From an uncultured virus (IMG/VR IMGVR_UViG_3300034279_001265) (taxonomy: Duplodnaviria > Heunggongvirae > Uroviricota > Caudoviricetes), in the IMG/VR virus record IMGVR_UViG_3300034279_001265: 64,000 nucleotides of DNA; one strand, 5' to 3'. Made by a program: the position numbers and the translations under genes. Under the pieces are notes generated by a model. That model was not told the origin of the DNA. It saw nothing but the letters and a program-made list of their open reading frames with translations, and made no database searches. The first letter of the stretch is position 1; the number at the start of each line of letters is the position of its first letter. This document shows, in pieces, positions 21,601 through 26,988 of the stretch.

Positions 21601-22620
21601 GTGGTTTCTGTTAGCAAGCTTAGCCATTGATGGATCAGACTGTGCCAGGTTTTGAATACGCTGAACGCGCTCATCACCTACATTGCTGATCTTTACAGCA
21701 TGTATCCTAATCCTAGTAAGAGGTTGTGGTTGGTTAAGTAACTTGAATATCTCAGCAGTTTCTTCTTCATTGACTGCTTTTACGCGAAAGCTGCTTAAAA
21801 GTGTGTCTTCAAAAAAGACGTTTTCAACCGTGTTTAACTGATAAGACTCTGCAGGTATTGAGAATTTAACGTTTGCAATCTGCTCCTGAGCAATAGGCTC
21901 CAGTGAACCGTCATTGTTCAGAGTGTATAGTACCTCGTTTTCAGAGACAGCTTCCACCATCTGACCGTTGGTTAGTGTCACCAGCATGTTTTTAAGCTGT
22001 GCCTCTTCTGCAATTTCACTGATAGGGATAAAGTCTGAACGCTTGTCCAAACTAGCAAACATGTCACCTATCAAAGACTCAAGGCCATCTTTGTTGTCCT
22101 GAGGCATCTGACTGTCTATAATTTGCTGACGCAGTGCCGCTGAAAGTTGCTCCAGTAACTGGGTTCTTTCTTCCAGATTGGCAAAACTGTGAGTAGCAAA
22201 GTAGTTTTTGATCAGAGTTACTATGCCATTGGTTCCCACCAGGTCTGACCGGTTGATGACTGTTTTGCCACCAAGTGCATCAATTTTTTTAGTGATGCTG
22301 TCTAGTTTAAGTTCTGCAGGTTTGGATATACCATAAAGTTCTGAAAGTATCTTTACATACCCCTCAGGATTTTCTGTAGCAGCGGTCATATTACTGACTT
22401 GGTCAGCCCTACCTTTTTCATAGTATGAAGAGTCCAAGTCAGCAAGACCCGCGTAGATGTGTGCCAGGTTATGCACAGAAAGCATCTTCTGCTCAGGAGT
22501 CAGCCCGCTTCTCAAAATAAAAGAAGCAGCATTGTCAAAGTTATTATATACAGTAGGCTCCAGTCTTATGAGATCTAGAACAACACCTGTGTACTTGTCA
22601 GTTTGTATTTGACACGCCAT
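9619..22620 (-). CDS. Virion-packaged single-chain RNA polymerase polyprotein (4333 aa) with zincin, P-loop kinase and SLOG-like accessory domains
   Basis: Catalytic AGSDFDVD (DFDVD at 14539-14553) preceded by RIPT, as in crAss-like two-barrel RNAPs; HEAFH zincin motif (19639-19653) with downstream EEILA; GTSGSGKST Walker A (about 11152-11178). Confidence 0.88.
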   Translation of the reverse strand: MACQIQTDKYTGVVLDLIRLEPTVYNNFDNAASFILRSGLTPEQKMLSVHNLAHIYAGLADLDSSYYEKGRADQVSNMTAATENPEGYVKILSELYGISKPAELKLDSITKKIDALGGKTVINRSDLVGTNGIVTLIKNYFATHSFANLEERTQLLEQLSAALRQQIIDSQMPQDNKDGLESLIGDMFASLDKRSDFIPISEIAEEAQLKNMLVTLTNGQMVEAVSENEVLYTLNNDGSLEPIAQEQIANVKFSIPAESYQLNTVENVFFEDTLLSSFRVKAVNEEETAEIFKLLNQPQPLTRIRIHAVKISNVGDERVQRIQNLAQSDPSMAKLANRNHETFENSAQRAYLLSESNGKVVTVSRPKASEQSFVLVGSFIGTDKKFYLYSSNNYTFVSSDNTTERVDFSNPGHLAELKRLSVKATNKGNVELTEQDLENIKDSAEKYQEFVASVQDDLMSEFTSGETSIDITEQFAAAYEMQSTRSFKTLTPLGKKLESDPTLYKQLTVVNTKTGVKEERQIPFLYNRIRKTLADFQMVDLLDKDEKIEYIPESGAEPILLSMERYAKEILGLNPRTVENLLKPTDKDQMNLVIKFRDGAIPTYNIAENVGTMSPVEEFANFIFELSTVLTNSTNRETDIKNFEFYEYSFKPASSKTKNDQPLYVAFSTTKKGQLQFWIKTARKDNRYGFMEENKRLYNFLFDEKIITTTAKALSEGKLVKQIQEKFPELAKFDLSKAEDLYEFYRTITVMSRRGSVDGLIVELANAVKEARERFSQQIRNQVLNKLETQTSEDPRFMQNLKEDFTYNGVFRPEFLFFREEKDGTVVPNISFSPKYTPKNGINARARFGSNLNNYMHVDSGMRRFVITPKNNVSNLSSIPAPAPVPVTVEKPVQIHVQNPTQQPVAPSTIDIPRMPLFSMMAGNVETETDAERLSAVAWLKKTYPQFKLSEFDLSTLNDLASLDGTVLGMFKDRVIYLNNQIKGKGTVYHEAFHGVFRYLMTDAYRAGLVDLVSGMKVHASKFTEESLKEFARKRNYVYDKTRMKQLQAEEILADGFQKYMTDNKKPKGILGDLMQLLKRLIEMFTGKSNEIDRMYSRVSSGYYASSSVMASDIYDGQAAYEIIEGLVEIENLPGGVGITDRIGSLNSAEQQNELVNMVTYYMLKRYNNKQTFEQNFDRIAKFILAKVYNLDRLTANHPDKRDQILEVLGNTWKNYRFMLGARMRNEVLPDLNNTGNPDYDNLVRPNLVKRNDGTGDSFVDNTNGQESKKTLMKLVKANFEKINTLIESKPEQEDTLTGEKLEELLTDENPPVYNEDDETGSNDQETESADFDSGLNQYNKLEGVNKEIRRFLALLKYNRVDERLGITLPRLANGNQMFGVLMSVTSDVEVDNIIDHIKVVANTARYDGNNLLADDLDNIYDKLHKFTNMDSSGRPQSNQQLYNMMIDALDTTELDFITTTVYTNKKTDPSGMDMGTETSSYTIKDQVLFQDINLRKTQIITSIKTKHASSAKDEAYLKAAQDLSTLSRTIYESNFILDSDNQGEKLEELTSELHTLMNAVGINVPKSLIRLSLLAIDKTQNNVVHDNTQLSKEVVDHYNSHEQMIAEGIFFEKDFFLSILQIIKEAVNNQNNHDAFARYITKDKNAELTVDRFNVILRRAAAYMVKYDPQGIQSTVKDSENKSRYRFVSYTPALRLAQTLRRKGLEETLREDPYFEEYVNDWFKDNPAMGVLLDPEGNATFKAKQELFLRNFRVAMFGGVNQVFDGKFKPGKSFKNIDSKSMYITHLLSFLNRTSHKQVIKDAEGKDKLVEIQTYLRSFSQLESSQTNFLISALYEQYADNKGMLKTKDGHLKITDTLTNAVRQEYNRIQREYNKRLERKQVFDAGEKHSLILKFNATHQKDDVTKAEVDSTDLRAYNFIGKIPDFFQANAELVTNDTNTGLRDFAFAGTKFEELPEDVMVTLRNQLNTYAQQALQKHLDRLVELQVLKKEKRPLRTATGAVYIQTGTDGTITRYTSEFIAPVLIVDGRKQENVLENKYYKTPKNYGEKLKGSEIKPIEIPKQENMEGFVADAFFNFWANSLTVNDLLDGDSAMNVKDPSDYFKRQKKQLAAGSTPKRGDHKVAYINTIKAFIHETYPMYGPYYNADEILGDERLSENLRDILIADFAKAQSGVKERITDPSTGIERTIKYGDMMREVFDGQSFSTLMHQMDMHDAMGRLSAEAAELMIAKHYRKLTADEISLLERNNIVNNSKKTVTSTRNAYHKQSEVHIDRNDVSVFVIPEEVLVSPERKREYIKKAQDTIHMLYAEVYSLRDAAKEAKIAGLDPAPFMTQIKVNMQEIHKYYKPIPSRKILHDLLNAMEFHQIDHLMDTTASKNATLLPVDIFTESQKLTEGSYINLEMSSVAVDNRYKFLQVETSGVKDTAKFSVQAKALIAADLLNIAEIMRASGRDIAESEQKSMEKVATILRTYQRTLKDVGESNLINLKTILRKDGDFEVGKIFTLIRTSLESQGAPVNTLKLFDLNVDGTPVHSPNLPGIRNMLEYYFFSQYSKHITDEKRSGFKSIHMSSFGYDLMTDMDGNIIRSEDYRRNPARYPNVKTRPLGVSVETNADGTKTYFVEAIVPKPQFRNKEHEEFYMKQLTKMFATRIPTEDKRSMIVLKVVDFIDSANLNGIIVPHFVHLLAGSDFDVDSLYGQTLAHYFNADDNPVLYGDYSAYSSEDAGRYTEFVEYMSKDDDAKMLVKSELAKIEAMGESYKPSDNAKTFVGYTAERLSEDVDTLKNYDAVLAAFEKLGLPVTLENFLANPKYKKVTRPAFQNANLRSMMDILSNEAVFNYLYINERSSVQAFEDIAEEFGRDVKQMGGGYNHLSIDGVVATKNISGVYKSGIGIAANINKFVALASQFGLELNSENVIWQFQIAVEKGKTETGDTEYDLTLRKYTNFGTLSEENQRVIASIGNILGMFADGMKKPIPSALGMNEENVGTTLVMIGLGLSPTFAVGFNFLPEVKNAVEAVQATKYAISSSDVNSSKFLHQEVKNQIAKLVKENPGVLEELKNAGVVSPLSKSYDIALKKENIALSFKAQKLDAAKVNSNTLTSKEIGYDVKAVNNDTNTVENLSEDAQRIVLLSYYASQAQQQFAVQRAGSILNTFKKLNPRFVTFDKLLKNMTDLAKDGENSIFTSESVSKIFEDDQVFKYLFEAMQDLNEQSSKLFLERTSFFAPVKQLFEEVFEDKSTIAKMITSYIALRQYQRLMPGSRTTGVEAIDNLLARDDQNLRDAFKAVYFFTNNLKDEVEQMLQKYPDNKFLQLLVSENGDAAAFTEKGVKITERGLKLVTKANISGSYASDVTDDAYALMIKENLFAKKLFYYELAKTGLMYKSGSFLQLLPTEMMRPFSPYINDFVKALENAKGNRVKLMSAVKSILGNEATEADVYNFFDEVFMLMADAASQEANNNKIRIARQFSFAKDRSFMQSFRFSETATDNERISIASNVLMEFMGQAPKNASKGYTPQNRNAAGEVVSEITLDMSKPALIPEANDDTMFELGKNFGVKRVFGKPGVYKFPLMFKIDSRQESITYLLQGVGEQVEYQNFGESMFRSITGTGASSVEGSIAKYKAIPAVVSTGLMSPIGMSKQEIEKYVAYTTNKAKLPAVAAPAPVATKPATTQPAQVKPGVEELFESNPELANAVYEALGFSKRTNDEIYQRKLSIIFTNEVLRKNQIESTLKDINAENFDFVAFDSRDLKNKQYQVFIDRLLELGYKQDKDGFFTKNGVSAKDLVKYNITPQQKQQAQQLYSQYLDTKQPDVILPIGTSGSGKSTFIKSLPQENLVIIEPDAMRVEFTGDINDKSKDKEIYIEAANRAVQAIKQGKQVVFDTTNITKDKRLPFIEAIKKEIPTANIQYKLMELNPELAKQRIKAQLARSENRAAVSDETIDRHAASYKQMLEDIKSEPTTEYNILGSKQDIEGFKEFVSGEQGAQAPVSVKKENPLITAGVKPTDMSGNAAKDIQMAEESTQYIGFQSGNAAVSSTKKYKEAWGNKANTGNYTETDIVMVSGSGLFRGVTREQIIETLSTKYKSLLNAAIKANASFRVGNQYEKGNLSDQLVAEYLQKNGYTEERLNGYSRWSKATALTSAAQAPQEEMTSMPDATDMLLSMMQATPVEQQTEAVIEPGQFVKFNNETFIVTKINSNSTVQVYNPTLEGPASKKSVSASNLTAIPGSKAVLVDYKGSQYLVTPKNTIISMTTNKAMQWQENNGDRVAVLELASQNRNVTMDMNNLNLTQPVVDYLYNQSSKRLSKESFRQAAAAMIANLRASTPTNQILEKIKCL

Positions 22621-22647
22621 TATAGTTGGGTTAAAAAAGAAATGTGC

Positions 22648-25600
22648 TTATGAAAAGCAACGAGTAATGTCTTGAAGCTTGTTGAGAATAGAAGCTTCTG
22701 TAATAGGAGCAGATGGCACATTTCCTGTCTCTACAAATTTACTAAATTTAGTTGGATCTTGTAGAGCTTGCTCTCTAAATTCTTTGACTTTAGCATGAAG
22801 ACTTTCTAAACTTGAAAGAGTTAAACTTGCAACGTTTCCGGTAGATGGTGAGTCAAACAAGGTGATCTGGTTTGTGACAGGGTTAACCGCCACAGCCACA
22901 GGCTTTTGCTTATAGTTTACAGGTTTACCTGTAATCAATGCTTCTTTATTTGCATCTATCAAACGTTTACCATCAGGAGTTTTATAGTATTCTTCTAATG
23001 TAGTAAAACCAGTCTTCTTCCTTTTGTTATACTGCTCCATGGACTTTTGAAAAATCTCAAGAGCTTTGGTTACTACTGCTGTGTCTGTAGTGCCCATAAG
23101 CTTCTGCACAAAGTCCAGGTCAGCCCTCGTAGTATTCATACTTTCTGCAAGCTGCATCGCCTGTTCAGCGTCAGGGATTTTCTCAGCGTTGACCGTGTTG
23201 TTGCTGCGATCTACTACATCGTATCCCTGCTCTTCTGTACCGGTAGCAGCAAAAGGTGTTTCTTGCTCTTCAACTATTTCTGGTTCTATAATAGGAGTCT
23301 GTTGACTTATTCCCATTCCTAAAAAGGCAGCATTTGCTTCATCTACTGAGTCTATAAAAGTTTCAGAAGTTTGCGAAGATTTTGCTTCTATTGTAGGAGT
23401 TTCCTCAATAACCTCCTCACCATCAGGTCCAATTGTAATTACAGGTGGCAACTCCTCAGCAGGAGTTTGTTCTGCAGGATCTACAGTAGTGCCAGACGTA
23501 ATAGGTGTTTCAGAAGGTGCTACTTCTTTGTCTATTGCGTCTTTGTGAATCTTGTAAACCTTTTCTTCACGCTCAGACAACGCTATACCTTGTAAAAGTT
23601 TCTCTGCGATCAGATACTTAATGACAGGATCCAGCTCACCAGTGGCAATGATCTCGTCATAGTCTTCCTGTGAGATGTCGTCTGTGTATTCTTTAGGTGC
23701 ATACTTGACTCTAATCTCTGCTTCTTTTTTAAGCAAGTTTTGAACAACGCCTTCATATAGCTTAAATGCATAGTCTTCCTGCTCAATACTCATGTCGGGA
23801 TTTGTGATTATCACCAACAAGTTTTTATAGTTCTCAGAGTCAACAAGAGCGCTTCTTAAATCATTAATAATATTTATTGCGTCCTGTTCACCAGGCGCCA
23901 GATCATTAAGAATTTCCGAAGTTCTGTTATCTAAATCATCTTCTAGTTTGCCAATGTAGACAATCAGGTTAAACTTAAATTTACCATCTACCATGCGCTC
24001 CTGCATTTGGCGAAAGTTATCAGGGTTCATAAGCACATCAACACTGCGCATGTAGTCTTTGGTGTCGCGGTCTAAACGGATGTAGTCATATATCATCTGA
24101 AAGCTATCACGCATGACCTCTTCAGAAATATCAGTAGTGTTTCCTGCCTGTTTGTTTTTGATATTCATCAACTGGCGAAACGTTTCTATAACCTCTGGAT
24201 CAGTAGGATTAAATGTCCTTTCTACTGTTTCAATTTCATTACCATTTTCGTCTGTTAGAGTCTGTGTCTTATCAATAGCTTTTCCCACAAAGACATCTGT
24301 AATCTGTTTGCTTTTGAGAGGTTCGTCATCTTTGTTGTATCCTACAATACTTTCTCTAACCTCCCAGTAACTAGCCCACTTTGACAGCAGTTTTTCTTCT
24401 TTGATCTTACTGTCAAGTTGTTCTTTAATTCTGTTTTTTGTTTCAGCATCAAGACCTTCAGCTTTAAGCTGTTCTTTTAACATTACAATTTCTGTGTACA
24501 AAGACTTGCCTTCACCTTCTAACGATGTAGCACTAGTAAGCGCTCGCAAGGCGTAATCTGCACTAGTTCCAATTCCAGGTGCAGACATCAGTTCTTCAGC
24601 AATCTGTTTAGCTCTATTGGCTGACATGTCACCCTTAATAGCGTTGAGGGCAAGAACTTGTATCGCTTCTTCCTGCGCACCACGCATCAATGTTGCAACA
24701 TACTGGCCCCGGCTGCCTGCATCATACTGAGCAGGGTTGACCATTGTGCTCTTGAACTTGGTGCGAAGACCTTCAATAACGTCTGAGTATTTCTTGATAT
24801 CTTTGGCAACAGCTTCTGAGAACTCACTTGCGGAGTTGTACTTTGTGTCTTCTAACTTAACACCAAAAGACTTTTCAAATTCTTCTGCTGTCATTTCCTT
24901 ACCCATGTCTTTGATAGCACGTTGCAACATGCTTACTGAGTTGGTTCTTTGGGCAGACGCTACTGCGGCAAGCAGTGCGTTGTCACGACCATTCTCAAAC
25001 TCATAGCGCAATCCTTTAGCTGCAGCTTCTGACTGCTGTTGAGCAGCATCAGTTTGTGCCACAAAGTTTACGACCTTTTCTTTGAATGTTCCTTCTTTAG
25101 CTTGCTTAAACAGTGCATTCTGTATCTCAAGATCTTTTTTGAATTGTTCTTCTGCACGCTTGTAGGGGTTAAGTTCAGGAGTCTTTGCATACTCGCGGTT
25201 AATAAGTGCGCGATTAGCAGCTTCAAATGAACTAGACGCAAGCGCTGTAGGCATGCGGATAAGTGATCCTGTAAACGCACCCATCAAAAACGTCTTCAGA
25301 CCTTGCTTAGTAAACTGCTCACTGGCTCCTTTGCCAAAAGCGTCAGACAGTGAGGTTTCTAAACCATTAAACTGACCGGCGTAATAGTCACGCCATGCAG
25401 TAGCAGATGTTTCTTGCAGATTCTCTTGTAAACCTTCTGAGACTTCAAACTTAAAAAAGTCCTTAGCAAAAGCTTTAGAGAACTGTAATGCAGCTTCTTT
25501 TTTACCAAACTCTTTGGCAACTTTTCCAAGTACGCCATAACTGCCAAAAAACCCTGACTTGTCAATCAGCGCTTGGCCAGCTTTAGAGTTAATGACCATT

Positions 25601-26982
25601 ACGTTTTCTGCAGCTTCTGTCATAAACTTGTTGGCAGGAATAAACCTGTTAAACAAATTTCCAAACTGAAGTTTGTTGGTAGCAAGAAGCAATCCTAGGT
25701 TGGTGTTATAGTTAGAAGTACTTGCCTGCATGGCAAGACTTCTCATTTCTTCAAACTCTTTAGCTGTAGGTACAGCTCCATCGTTGTCTACCTGATACTG
25801 CTTGACCATTTTGTCCAGTGTATCACCATAAGAGGTAACTGCTTCAAAACTCGCCTCTGTACTGGACATGTTAAGTTCCTGTGCCACACGGCGTAGTCCC
25901 TGCAGTCCTACACCTATCATTTGACCTGTAGATGCTCCTGCTTTAGACGCAGCTGCAAGTTTTTCACCGTAGCGTACACCGGTACCCACCAGCGGTGTTC
26001 CTTTTAGTAAGTTAGTGGCAACTTCTCCCAAGTTTTTTGACTTGGCAATGTTGAAAAAATTATTAGAGTACACAGTGAACGTCTCAGACATTGAGTCACG
26101 TAATGCGCTGCGGCTCATGTTACCAAGTGCTGCTGTTTCATCAATCTTTGCTGCAACTTTTGCAGCTGCAGAAATTTCGTCAGCACTTTTGTTGGCATAA
26201 GAAAATCCTTTGCCTACATCTGCAAGTGCATCTGCAAATCTAAATCCTGATTTTGCTGTCTGTGCAGCAGCTTGTTTTGCACCTAACCGTGCAGCTGTTG
26301 CACCAAAACTTACAGCACCCGCACCACCGGTTGCAGCTGTAATGGCAATATCTGCTGCAATTTCAATACCAAGACCTGCAAAGGTTCCTAAAGCAAAGCC
26401 AGCATTACCAATAAACTCACTCATGGTGCGCTTAGAAAAAATGCTGTCTTCGTTTTCCGGTTGCTCAAACACAAAGTTGCGCTTCATGTCAAGCTGATCT
26501 TTATAGTACTGCGTGGCAAGCGTTTCTTCATCAGGCTTCATGCGGTCCCAGTCCATGTGAACTAGCGCATCTGCCATACGTCCATATCCTTTCCAGTAGT
26601 CTACAAAAGTGTTTCCAAACTTGTAAGCAAAACTGTCAAGGCCTTTACTCAGGGCTGACCCAAATGTTTCGCGATCAGCAAACTTTTGATAATTGGTGCT
26701 GTCAAGTGGATTAAAAAAATCACCCTGAAAATCTTTCTGGTAACGATAAGGATCTACTGACTGATCTGGAGCATATGTAAAAGTAGAAGGTCCTACCGGC
26801 GCATTGAAACGCTCTGTCAAAGACTGCGGACGTGATGCCTGCTGTCTTTCAAAGTTGCTCTGCTGATTAAGTTTTTGAAATGCTACAGAAAACTCATCAG
26901 TCTGAGGTTCTTTGCCCGCAGATTCATTACCTTCAACACCAAGTGTGTTATCGTCCAAAAAGTTAAAAACATTGTCAGCCAT
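22648..26982 (-). CDS. Large virion ejection/cargo protein (1444 aa), possible membrane-channel component
   Basis: Gly/Ala-rich hydrophobic stretch GNAGFALGTFAGLGIEIAADIAITAATGGAGAVSFG; EGLQENLQ motif; coiled-coil body; directly upstream of the vRNAP gene. Confidence 0.7.
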   Translation of the reverse strand: MADNVFNFLDDNTLGVEGNESAGKEPQTDEFSVAFQKLNQQSNFERQQASRPQSLTERFNAPVGPSTFTYAPDQSVDPYRYQKDFQGDFFNPLDSTNYQKFADRETFGSALSKGLDSFAYKFGNTFVDYWKGYGRMADALVHMDWDRMKPDEETLATQYYKDQLDMKRNFVFEQPENEDSIFSKRTMSEFIGNAGFALGTFAGLGIEIAADIAITAATGGAGAVSFGATAARLGAKQAAAQTAKSGFRFADALADVGKGFSYANKSADEISAAAKVAAKIDETAALGNMSRSALRDSMSETFTVYSNNFFNIAKSKNLGEVATNLLKGTPLVGTGVRYGEKLAAASKAGASTGQMIGVGLQGLRRVAQELNMSSTEASFEAVTSYGDTLDKMVKQYQVDNDGAVPTAKEFEEMRSLAMQASTSNYNTNLGLLLATNKLQFGNLFNRFIPANKFMTEAAENVMVINSKAGQALIDKSGFFGSYGVLGKVAKEFGKKEAALQFSKAFAKDFFKFEVSEGLQENLQETSATAWRDYYAGQFNGLETSLSDAFGKGASEQFTKQGLKTFLMGAFTGSLIRMPTALASSSFEAANRALINREYAKTPELNPYKRAEEQFKKDLEIQNALFKQAKEGTFKEKVVNFVAQTDAAQQQSEAAAKGLRYEFENGRDNALLAAVASAQRTNSVSMLQRAIKDMGKEMTAEEFEKSFGVKLEDTKYNSASEFSEAVAKDIKKYSDVIEGLRTKFKSTMVNPAQYDAGSRGQYVATLMRGAQEEAIQVLALNAIKGDMSANRAKQIAEELMSAPGIGTSADYALRALTSATSLEGEGKSLYTEIVMLKEQLKAEGLDAETKNRIKEQLDSKIKEEKLLSKWASYWEVRESIVGYNKDDEPLKSKQITDVFVGKAIDKTQTLTDENGNEIETVERTFNPTDPEVIETFRQLMNIKNKQAGNTTDISEEVMRDSFQMIYDYIRLDRDTKDYMRSVDVLMNPDNFRQMQERMVDGKFKFNLIVYIGKLEDDLDNRTSEILNDLAPGEQDAINIINDLRSALVDSENYKNLLVIITNPDMSIEQEDYAFKLYEGVVQNLLKKEAEIRVKYAPKEYTDDISQEDYDEIIATGELDPVIKYLIAEKLLQGIALSEREEKVYKIHKDAIDKEVAPSETPITSGTTVDPAEQTPAEELPPVITIGPDGEEVIEETPTIEAKSSQTSETFIDSVDEANAAFLGMGISQQTPIIEPEIVEEQETPFAATGTEEQGYDVVDRSNNTVNAEKIPDAEQAMQLAESMNTTRADLDFVQKLMGTTDTAVVTKALEIFQKSMEQYNKRKKTGFTTLEEYYKTPDGKRLIDANKEALITGKPVNYKQKPVAVAVNPVTNQITLFDSPSTGNVASLTLSSLESLHAKVKEFREQALQDPTKFSKFVETGNVPSAPITEASILNKLQDITRCFS

Positions 26983-26988
26983 TATTAC

